Below, piece by piece: positions 1 to 10,591 of a stretch of DNA of 64,000 bases; the stretch's first letter is position 1, and the number at the start of each line of letters is the position of its first letter. The stretch comes from Lytechinus pictus (lineage: Eukaryota): the NCBI RefSeq assembly GCF_037042905.1, contig NC_087247.1, forward strand, positions 9,548,001 to 9,612,000, written 5' to 3'. The notes under the pieces were generated by a model. It was not told the DNA's origin. It saw nothing but the letters and a program-made list of their open reading frames with translations, and made no database searches. The translations under genes were made by a program, and so were the position numbers.

Positions 1-224
1 TAGCGTGTGTAAAAAGGTACGAGTGAAGTACTTGTACTACGAATGATCGACAAAAACCACTAGTCCGGGGTTAGCGAGTTTCGTGTGTGAAAAGCAAGGA
101 TTCCTTATCCGGGGTTAGCAATAACAATTTGGCATGTGTAAAAAGGAAAAAAAATAGTACGGGGTTAAGGATAGTACGGGGTTAGCGATAGTCCGGGGCT
201 AAGAAAATCCTGTGTAAAAAGGGT
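1..224. repeat. End of a tandem-repeat-containing non-autonomous DNA element (partial, runs off window)
   Basis: Several copies of (t/a)ccggggtta(g/a) and tgtgtaaaaagg; ends ...tgtgtaaaaagggta. Confidence 0.45.
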
Positions 225-237
225 ATATATGTAGTAT

Positions 238-422
238 GCCTAGCAATTGAGTCTTGGAACTCTTGTTGGAATGCTCCCCGGGGAGTGGAGAAGGTGCATA
301 CATTGTATGCGGGCATGCAAGGATCCGATGACCGGGGTAATAAAATTATGTCTGTATAAAGCGCTTAGAGACGTCGTTCCGATGTATTAAGCGCTATATA
401 AATGCGGAATATTATTATTATT
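238..422 (+). mobile_element. SINE 3' portion with L2-like tail
   Basis: aagcgcttag...taagcgctatataaat hairpin followed by (att)n; near-identical tail on the opposite strand at 17640-17692. Confidence 0.6.
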
Positions 423-700
423 CCCTTATTTCATAGCTCTATATAATGTTGAACTTTTGAATCAGAGTAAATAATTTGAGATCCCTTTATCATTTTTTGT
501 ACACTGAAATAAATTGCAAATCGTGATTTGATGACTTGTGTCTTAATTTTATTAGAATCCATCCAGAAAGAATAATTCAGTCGATGTCGAGCGGAAAATT
601 GTAATTTGACTCGCTCTCCTAGTGAATGAGAAGATTGACAGAGGAGTGTGTTACCATTCGCTTACGAGTGACTGTTGTGCGAAAAATCACAGATTCCGGT

Positions 701-910
701 CACTCTTAAAATAGTTGGATAAAATATGCCCAACTTTTAACCAACCATGGGAAACATACTGCCCACACAACTATCTGCCTAAATTGGGTAATAAAAACTA
801 ATAATTGGGTAATAAATTTGCTCAATTGGATAATAATTGCCCAGAATATGTATTTTTACCAACATACATTACCCAACACAGTGGACAGTATGTTCCCCAA
901 CATTTTAAGT
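701..910. mobile_element. MITE with CACT terminus (CACTA-like); partial second copy at 31491-31590
   Basis: cactcttaaaat...gcccaacttttaaccaacc recurs at 31491; right end ...cattttaagtg. Confidence 0.5.
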
Positions 911-1417
911 GCATGCTCCTTTTTTCATTCACAAGAGGAAGCTTCGTGACGTGAATGAACATGCTCATACAACTTCTATTACATGTATTATGGTACTTGC
1001 TATGGTTCTTATTTATTTGCTATATTAGTAATAATTCTAAAAATCGTCCATTAAAAGCAGTTGTATGAGGAAGGCATGTTAGATGCAGCCATTTCGATCT
1101 ACATGTATGAATACATTTATTGTGTGCACTTATGGTTTCAAAAGATATAAGCCCAAGATATTCACAGTGGCCCCGAACGGGACAATGGTGGGATCTGTTC
1201 GGAGCTGTAAATATCATGAATTACAAGGTTCGTGACAAATTGAATACATATATTCAATACATGAAATGAAGCGAACATGAATAATAGCGGGATAACAGAG
1301 AGGCAAAGTGGCGCCTGCATTGGGCATAGAATATACTACAGAAAAGTTACATTAATTTGTATTTATTCTCTGCTTATATTCCTAACTTTTCATTTGCATT
1401 TTTTAAATCCATCAAAG

Positions 1418-1596
1418 GTCGTCGGGAATGTCTGGGTGCTCAGCTGGCCAAGATGGAAGTCTTTCTGATGTTCGCCAATCTTTTTCAGCGGTTTGAATTC
1501 AAAATACCACATCACCACCGTACTCACACCAAGCCAGGCGTCAGTGGGTTAATAATGCCACCAGAACCGTATGAAGTATGTGCGATTGAGAGATGA
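1418..1596 (+). CDS. Cytochrome P450 (clan 2-like), terminal coding exon; upstream exons lie outside the window
   Basis: Acceptor ...catcaaag at 1417, then (G)RRECLGAQLAKMEVFLMFANLFQRFEF...PEPYEVCAIER*: heme-ligand GRRxCxG and L-helix motif. Same phase-1 intron position as the paralog at 13756. Confidence 0.9.
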
Positions 1597-3635
1597 AAGA
1601 AACGTCCTCAAGACTAAAAATAAAAAAAAAGACATAGAAATTTAATTTTCGTGTAACATAATTCACGCCAACAACAATTAAAAAATAACACCGTCTGCAG
1701 CCATCACAATTACTTTGTAGATTGTTTTTCTTTCGGATCTTCCAGCTGTCTAAATTTCACTGAAATTGCTTCTAATTCATATGTTTATATTGCTTCACTG
1801 TCTTGTTATTTTCTACCTTCCGTTTGTTCTAACCATTTAAAAGTAAGTTTCATGTTAACCACACTTGTCATTTGAAGTCATTTGATATGGAAATTACTCA
1901 CCATTTTTTTTTTTTTTAATGGATTTCAGATTTCTTTTTATAGTTTGTTTAATGATAAGTTTGATTCTGCTGTCGATATCGATAGTATATGCATGACATT
2001 TTTTATCCATTGCTTGAGTTGTTACAGATTATACACATGCATATTTTGGAAATTTGTGGACGAAGAACAAAAATCATTTTAGGGAAAGAGGTTGAATGAA
2101 GGAAACAATATAATACCTTTATTATACTAAGTTAAATTCTATTTTAGTTAGGTCACCATCAAACATATAGGCCTACCAAGTGTGGTTTTATATAGGTCTG
2201 GGTCTTTCCTTGGCTTTTTAGCATTTCTTTACTAGATCCGATGCCTTTTTTCCGTATCGACAACAAACACATTATAATTGCAGTGTATTTGATCTTATTT
2301 CATTTTGTAAGAAATCTTTACAAGTCCGTCAAATTACTGTAATTGGGCTACTCTCAGCATTGTTGAATACCCACATAAAAAGTGATTTAAAGGACGGCAT
2401 ATTCATAGGTGGATGACCTATTTTAGAGGAAGGATCGCCATACCATCATATAATACACCTTACATAATAGTAAATTATATTTATTAGACACCGTATCCAT
2501 CTCGTGAAGGGGGAGCAAACAAAATAACAAAGGAACACAGAAATATTATCCAAAAATATCATTGATAAAAGGAGTCTATAATAATCTGAAGAATTTAAGT
2601 GGGGCATCAAAGGACCTGATAACGTCAGTTATACATTTCTTAATAAAAAAAATATGTGGATCAAATGTATTTCTTTGTCGTAGAGTTGAATACAAATAAA
2701 TGATGAATAAACTCATACCCGTGTAGATGAATCTATGTTGCTGTGTATTTGTACTTTGTTGAACGGGTTAGTCATGCTGCAGAGATTGTGAAGTTTCTTT
2801 GTGGTGTTTTATAATATCGAATTATCGATGAACATGATTATGCTTAAAGCGACCTGAACAGAATAAACAAGTCATGCAGGGTATATTTCATTGTTCAGAA
2901 ACACTTTTGGATGAAGTGGTGATAACATCTGGAATTCCTTTTCAATGACTTGATTCAATCCAAACATGTTATCACAATGCATTATTTTCGTTTTTGCTGC
3001 AGTAGACGTACGTATATCACCAAATTCCTCCTGATTATTGGGTTAAAATAAGATTTGCTCTAGAGAGCTACTTTTCTGTAATAATACGATTAAACAAGAT
3101 TGCAATCATCGTTTTCTCGTAAAATTTGCGTGGGTTTATACTCTTATAGTAACTGGATAAGGTATTCCGTTGCATGATTATACCGTGGCATTGTGCCACA
3201 AACTCGTGTAGAAATCTGTTAATTAAACAATGTAAGTAAGCGGCCTTGTTGACTCTTTTTCTTAATGATGAACTTATTTACTTTGCCCTGTTCGCAGGTC
3301 TTGCGATCCAGCTTTTTGTCAATGGGCGTGTGTGCATCAAGCATTATTCTGTCCTATGTGATGATGCCTTTTGTTTGCTCAGGTCAGCGAAAAAAGGGTA
3401 TGGCACAATACCCTGCACTAGAAGACTCGTTCGCATATTATATGCTGGGTTACAAGTTTGTGCGGAGGACAGATCGAGAAGACGAAGAACTCCCAGGACT
3501 GACAAGATCGAGTGACCAGCTAGTTTAGCAGTTTAGAAACATTACCCTGTATGGTTGCTTGCATCCTGTCAGCCATCTTGTTATTTTGAATTAGATATTC
3601 TGTTTAAACATCGGAATAGTTGAATATAGTGTAAA

Positions 3636-3743
3636 ATGGCGACAGATCAGCAGCCGATCAAGCAGTCAGATGTTGCACTCGCCGTCCCCGAGGGGCTTGC
3701 AATGGAGGACCGTGATCCGGATGATATCAACAGTCATGTGAAG
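3636..3743 (+). CDS. CAV: Caveolin, coding exon 1 of 3
   Basis: aaaATGG start; MATDQQPIKQSDVALAVPEGLAMEDRDPDDINSHVK then GT donor (phase 0). RDPxxxN..VK is the conserved caveolin pre-signature segment. Confidence 0.88.
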
Positions 3744-4617
3744 GTTCGTTTCATGGTGGTGTCGAGACCATATCTTAAAAACACTTCGAAGTTGATATTG
3801 GAATGCTAGTAAAATTAAAGGGCATGGGACAAACATTGAATGGAGATGTTGATTTGTAAGTGTATTTAATGGATGTGTGTGTGTTTGAGACAGAGAAAGA
3901 CAGATTACAGAGCTGCGCAAGTTGGTTTGATGAATGCAGTGATTAATGGTCATAATCTTTGTGGTCTATATACCTGGATTATAGACTACAGATCTGAACC
4001 CTGGAAACGCAATAAATCAATCTGAAACATTTCTCAATGACAAATCAATCCATTTCTCAAAACAGAAAAAGGTGTCAATCTTAATCTGTCCGCGAATATC
4101 TTGATTCTCTAAATATTTAGACTTTATCGATATATTGCAATATATATCTTGACTACTTTTACAGGTTTCTAGAGCATATCATTCGTATGTATTTTTTTAT
4201 ATGCATGTTTTATCTTTCATCGTAACTTTGTCGACCCGTACATGGGGGTTTCTTCTAAATGAAGTCTCGTATAGTTTTGTTTCTAAAGAAATGAGTTCAA
4301 ATTAGGGGATAAACCAATATACTTGCATGTGCACCCATTACCGATAACGATCCGCGCAGCACCTCGTGACGCATCTCACATTGGTTAGAATTTAGGGCGT
4401 CAACCCATAGCGTACTGCATGTTCTTCTTGTTTTATATCTGTGTTTCTATCGGTGAATAAAATCGTTCTCAAAACTATCATATTTACAAGAGATCCATAA
4501 TTGGAAGCAATCATTTAAAAGAATAACGACAATAATAATATAAAAAGGGGGAATGGCAGAATAAAAAACATGACAAATAACTATTGTTTAGGAACGAGCT
4601 CACTGATCAGACACTCA

Positions 4618-4928
4618 GGCCCGTATTCTGAAGTCGGGTTTAACTTAAACTCAGGTTTAAAGTTGTGGTTAGGTGTGGATAGCCAGTTGTTAAATAAATC
4701 TATAACAGAAGAGGTTCAATGTATCAGCTCATTTGACTCCCAAAACATTATAAACTGCCTGGAAAGGATAAGTATGACAGTTGTCTTCACCATTAAAGAA
4801 TTAGTAAAGAGCACAGTAAACATGAGAAGCATTCACTGTAAACAAAATTCTGAAACGTTTGGCTTCCCATACTTTTAGCACAGAGTTAGACCATGGTCTA
4901 AGTTAAACCAGACTTCAGAATACGGGCC
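4618..4928. mobile_element. MITE, probably PIF/Harbinger-like
   Basis: ~28-bp TIRs ggcccgtattctgaagtcgggtttaact / agttaaaccagacttcagaatacgggcc. Confidence 0.75.
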
Positions 4929-5545
4929 ACAGTTTATAATTAACGTTGAGGATATAGAACCAAGACGGAGCATCTTGTGAGAATCATTCCTGAACTACCA
5001 GAATAGAAACTGACAGTAAATAAGACAGTATTAAAAAAAAAAAACAACATAAAAGTACATGTGGCATTCAATATGTTCAACCGAGAAAGTGACGGTGATC
5101 GAAATATTGTCCTTAGATTGGGGCCTATACAGAAGTAAAATGGGCTGGCAGTTTGCTAATTTTTTTCTTTCCCTTAACAAATGATTCACTTAAAAAAAAA
5201 TCCGTCTACCTTCAGGAGATATTCTAAGTTCTAATATTGACTCTTCAAAGATTTTAATCACCTGTGAACGGAGGAGTATAAGTCTAAAATAGTATGCTTA
5301 TTATTTGTTTTTTCATACCATGATATAGAAGAAATAATTAAGAAAAATTAATTCACCTGTTACACCAGAGCAATTGACAAGCACTTAATTCAGAGATTTT
5401 ATGATCGTATAATTCTTTTGTAGTCTCTTCACTTGATTTTCGAATGGTTTACGTGATATTCTATATAAAAAAACCCACCATAGCTGTTCTATATATACAA
5501 GACAATACAGTGCAGATTTACAATGCTTAAGTAGGGCGAATTAAA

Positions 5546-5834
5546 GTTCGGCATGGTTTGGGAATTTGTAAATTCAGTATAATGGCTTCGATTCGAACTC
5601 CATTGTCAAGCGACAGAACTCCGAAGACGGGACTGGGAATAGACATATTATTGACCCCTCCCTTTCTCGCATTTATGAGCAGAAATAGGTTCGGCATGGT
5701 TTGGGAATTTGTAAATTCAGTATAATGGCTTCGATTCGAACTCCATTGTGAAGCGACAGAACTCCGAAGACGGGACTGGGAATAGACATATTATTTACCC
5801 CTCCCTTTCTCGCATTTATGAGCAGAAATAGGTT
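5546..5834. repeat. Tandem duplication, 143-bp unit x2
   Basis: Copies start at 5546 and 5689; two substitutions seen. Confidence 0.9.
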
Positions 5835-6196
5835 AATAATTTCTCTAACAGGACTTATCTATAACTACAGAAAAATCGATTATCTTAGAAACCCACCCCC
5901 CCCCCCCCTCGTCCCAGCCCCTTCCCAAATGTCCATATCCTGGGCCAGTGGCCTACACATTAGAACTCCACAAAAGTTTCACGATCAAGGAAACAAAAGA
6001 GTGAGAAAAAAAAGAAAATGAAAGGAAAAAACATATTTTCTGAATATGGCAAAGCCTATCACAAAATAAGACTTTTGTATAAAAGTCAAGATTTTTGCAC
6101 GCTGGCTTCGCTCGCTGGCGGCTTTATGGAAATTTTGTCCAATATACGCCATGTCTGCCCCATCAAAATCTTTGGCTCATTACGCCATGCACTTAA

Positions 6197-6610
6197 AGGC
6201 CACCGCACACCTTACGACTGTTCGCGATCCGATTTTGGAACAAATCGCATTTTGCTCATTTTCTGAAAATGTGAATGGAACATATCATTTTATTTGAGGT
6301 TAAAATAAATTGAAGGAATACTAATATAACCATTTTGAAAGATTGCAAGCTTTTAGTTTGGAGTAAAGGCCAAATTAGTTTCAAATCGTAGCCAATCGTA
6401 CGACTGCTATGACGTCATTACGACTAGATATTAAATTTGCTTTTATTCAAAGAAGTATGATAGCATAGTCACAGATTTGAACATAGGTATTCGTACGATG
6501 ATTTAGAACATTACACAGTAAAATATTCCATGTCTCAATATTAGCTTCAAATTCTATTACATTTTATTCTGAAATCGGGTCGCAGACCAATCGTAAGGTG
6601 TGTGGTCGCC
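6197..6610. mobile_element. 414-bp TTAA-flanked MITE (Kolobok-like termini), family A copy 1
   Basis: TTAA-aggccaccgcacaccttacga ... tcgtaaggtgtgtggtcgcc-TTAA; second copy at 38965-39378. Confidence 0.85.
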
Positions 6611-6649
6611 TTAATACTTTTGTGTAATCCTTTTCCCAATATTTCCAAT

Positions 6650-7280
6650 ATTCTTGTTTGGCATAGAAAATACTGTCTTGGTATGTTATCTTCGTTTAAG
6701 CAATCATTTACTTTATAGACGACAAATGAGATGTAAACATTTAATGAGTGGTTTTCAAATCGCGATCCATACTTCAACATTAAGATTAGAGCCACATGAC
6801 TCGATGGTAAACAGTATTATGTAATTTTGATGGAGAGGGTATGTCCATCACTTGCAATCTTGCAAAAGAATAGAAACATTGTACCGTGATGAATTACATC
6901 ATTCGTAATAGGTCCATGATTACATGAACATGATCCTATAAGACGTCCTGTTTTGTCCAATTTTTTACTTTCTATTTTTTCGGGATGAGAAAATGTTTCC
7001 GAAAGGGTACAAAATGTGTAATTCTTTTTGTAATTTTTCCTATAAGTCTACATTGGATTCTTGTTTGGCATAAAATTACAGCAATCATACTATATAGACG
7101 ACAAATGAGACGTAAAAATATAACGAGTGGTTTTTAAATGTCGATCCATACTTCAGCATTTTCCCCAAGACTTTAGCCACATGTCTCAATGGTAAAGAGT
7201 ATGATGTATTTTTGGTGCAAAGTTGCAAAAGAATGGAAACATTGCATCGTGATAAATTACATGAACATGATCCTATAGGA
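6650..7280. repeat. Degenerate tandem duplication (about 6650-6945 vs 7058-7280)
   Basis: Shared blocks ttcttgtttggcata, tatagacgacaaatgaga, cgatccatacttca, ttgcaaaagaat, atgaacatgatcctata. Confidence 0.7.
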
Positions 7281-7419
7281 TGATAATCATAATGAAATTT
7301 GAGATTTCGAACCACGTATTCTTGCATTTGTTTTGTCTTATTCAATTGTTATTGTAATGAGTTCATGCACGTGTTGATATTGAAGCAGTAACGCCAGCAT
7401 CATTATTCTTGTTCTTCAG

Positions 7420-7607
7420 GTCTTCTGGCACGAAATCTTTGCCGAGCCCGACGGCATCCATAGTCAGGATAGCACTTGGATCAAGAGTTACAACACGTAC
7501 AACTGGAGTAAGGATTGTTGCTACACTTGTTGCAGCACTGTTTGCAGTATTCCTGCAGCTTTCTGCTGGGGTGTTTACTTCGCTATCCTCTCTTTCTGCC
7601 ATATTTG
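7420..7607 (+). CDS. CAV: Caveolin, coding exon 2 of 3
   Basis: ttcttcag acceptor, gtaagc donor; VFWHEIFAEPDGIHSQDSTWIKSYNTYNWSKDCCYTCCSTVCSIPAAFCWGVYFAILSFCHIW aligns with caveolin FEDVIAEPEGTHS..W / WGIYFAILSFLHIW. Confidence 0.93.
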
Positions 7608-8919
7608 GTAAGCTTATTCCCTTTCCGCAATACCAAAAGCAGCATTGGCCAATCAGCCCTATATAATGAAAGGCGATTGTTGCAAAAAAATCATGTTGGT
7701 GAAAATAATGTAGCATTAACTATCTAAATTTGTGAACGCGAAGTACGATTGCGTTTAGCCATTTTGTATGTAATCCTCCCAGAAAGGGATGGGGGCTTAA
7801 CGTAAAGCGGGTATAAATTTCCTTTCAAACTTTTTGCACCCGCCGAAAGTACATGGCTTCTGAAAGACAATGGTGTAAGATCAAGAATGGGTTATGGATC
7901 ATCAGATTTACAGTAATCAATAGGCCTATTCTGTCAAGTCTGTAGTCTGCTTAGTGGGATATTTGGAGGGACCTGCGGTTAGAACTGTCGAAATTTATAA
8001 TCACAAACTTCACACACGATCACGATGATGAGTTTTTTCATTGTCAAGCTACTAGCTAAGTCTTAAAGGGCGCTATATACTAGCTTAATCGTAAAGGGTC
8101 ATTTTAACGGGAACGACCGCCAAAATCAAGATTTTTAAAAGTAAAGAATTTTATTTTTTTTGCAGATTTAGCAAAAAGGAAACATTTTATTGAATCACAA
8201 AAATTTGTCACATATAGGAGGCAGAATCGAAGCTTTTTCCTCAATGCAATGAGGAAAACAAATGTTTCATACAATAAAATACAAAATAAAAAGGGAGAGG
8301 GTGATGACGTCAGCGATGCAGGATGCATTATTGTTTTGTGAAATTTATTTCAAACTTGAAATTGTGAATTTGGTATCTAATTTTGATGAAAATTTCAGCA
8401 CTGGCTCGGTTTTTCCTTATTATTTTAATCAACCACTGTTGATGTGGATATGCCTTTTAATTGAATTTGAATAAAGAACGGAACGATTAGCATAAAAATT
8501 CGTGAAATAATTGAAATCTTTGTGTCAGTGTATGACAGTTTTATTCCAGTATAAGAAGGAAGAAAAAAATACTTTGATTTTTATAAAAAGAAAATAAACA
8601 ACGGGCCATCTTCCAACTACTCGCTTTTTTGATGAACTCCGAGTTATCTGGACATTGAGCTTGGTATTTCGTTCAAAGTGGGAAAACCTTGGAACTTTTA
8701 AAGATTCATTGCACAAAATCATGATATACGCGTCTTAGCAAATTAAAACATGAAAGCACTTAATCTTTTAAGTGATTCCGACTCAATGTACACATCCAAT
8801 TCACAATTCCTTTAGGACTATATACCCAAGTTTGATTTCATAATTTGTTACATTCAAGTCCTTTTCCCCAAATATTCAATTGCTTTTATCAATTTTTTTT
8901 TCATTCTTTTTCTTCCCAG

Positions 8920-9103
8920 GTGTGTCGTTCCATGTATCAAGGCTTACATGATCAAGCTTGTATGTGCGACCAAGAGTTACGCCATCTGCGTCAAAGCCTT
9001 CTGTGATCCTTGCTATGAGAGCGTTGCTCTCATGTTCTCTCGTATCAAGGTCATATTTGCTCCTACCACGCCAGAAGTTGCGCAAGAGATCACTTACACC
9101 TAA
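8920..9103 (+). CDS. CAV: Caveolin, coding exon 3 of 3
   Basis: ttcttcccag acceptor; CVVPCIKAYMIKLVCATKSYAICVKAFCDPCYESVALMFSRIKVIF...* matches caveolin VVPCIK..CDP. Exons 108+188+184=480 nt give 159 aa. Confidence 0.93.
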
Positions 9104-9482
9104 GATACTTCTTCCACTGTCATAGATTCGTCACAGGTCCACCACAAGTGCTAAGCTATAAAAGCAGTCTTAAAAGTGTTCCAGTATTTGTGTACTAGAG
9201 TAAAAAAGTTTTCAATACATTTCCTGAAGCACTTTAACTTGCGTTTACGGCAGTGGAAATGTAACTTGTAAAGTTAGACCATGAAACGACGATCTTCAGC
9301 CGGCTCCGAGTCTTTTGCAAGCAATTGGACATAAAGGTTGACAAGTCAGCTTTGTTTCTTCAAGCCTCTTTTAACGAATATTTCATAAATAGATATTTAA
9401 TTTCGCATTTGTGTTTATCAATTTCTTACGTAAAATAATAGATAATTCGGGCAATTTTAATCCCTTCCGGAATCATTGCGTA

Positions 9483-10591
9483 CTCCATGGTACAGCATTG
9501 GACAGTCAGACCGCAGGTCCCAAGAAAGTGGCTTCTTTCATCCAAGTGATATTCATGACTTGAGATGTTTTGCATATTTAATGAGCTTGATGCGGACCAA
9601 AACACCTCTTTTCATTCGGTCATTGCTGCTCTAATTGTGCATCGAATTTCATGAATTTGGTACCATTGTAAAGAAGAAGAATCATTCTTTCAGGTCATGT
9701 GTTTGGATTTATTCAAAGATTTTGTAATATAGGTTAAAATTTTGATCTAAAATATGCTACAAAATAAATATTTTCACCTGACAAAAGCTGCTATTTTCAC
9801 ACTTTATTTTTGTTTGAGCCCAAATGATTTTTATATCATGATAAAGCTGAATATGTATGCTTTGAAATGATATAGGTTTCAAAATAAGAATTGGTTTAAT
9901 CGGGTCAAGATCACACTTTTCATTTGCCAAGTACATAAAGCAGCTTGAAAACAAGAATACTGCACTCTGATTGGTCAAAGAGACCGCACACTGGCAAATT
10001 CCAACGGTTCCAGTGCCTGGGTTCGTGGGAAGGTCACACTTCCCATGTGGTAATCTCCTCAAATACCCCGCGCCTGTTGTTCTGTGAATCTTATCCAGCC
10101 AATCAGAACTCTGGATTTCATGCAAGTACAAAATTTCAGAAATCTCGTCTTGTACCTTGGTGGGAAAAGTGTGATCTTGACCCGATTAAAAGGTGCTGCA
10201 TATCAAGAGTGGCATTGTGAGAAAGTACATAAGTTCAGCTTTATGTTGATATAAATATCATTGAGGCTCAAAATAAAAAGTTTTGCACAATTTGCAAAAG
10301 AAAACAGAGGAAGAAAATTCAGTTTTGAGGCACATTTTCAGGCCAGAAATTTACTTATTTAACAAAATATTGTATACAAAATAAATGACCAATATGAAAG
10401 AGTAACTTTTACTCTATCTGATGGTGTAATAATATTTCATTTAACTTGAGGTTAAAACAGGTAAATTCTTAGAGAAAGAAAATCTCACGAATCACGAGAT
10501 TTTGCAAGGAGGAGGATTCAGCCACGAGATGATTTGGATGAATCTGGCCTTTTTGCTCATTAGCATAGGGACCTGCGGTCTGACTGTGGAG
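9483..10591. mobile_element. TIR element (TA-flanked, Tc1/mariner-like) carrying a nested MITE
   Basis: acagtcagaccgcaggtccc (9502) / gggacctgcggtctgactgt (ends 10587); outer tactcca / tggagta. Confidence 0.7.
9900..10185. mobile_element. Nested TTAA-flanked MITE
   Basis: TTAA-tcgggtcaagatcacacttttc ... gaaaagtgtgatcttgacccga-TTAA. Confidence 0.8.

Noticed and set aside
7363-7727. ORF-track entries of 117, 85 and 70 aa
   Set aside because: Shadow frames of caveolin exon 2.
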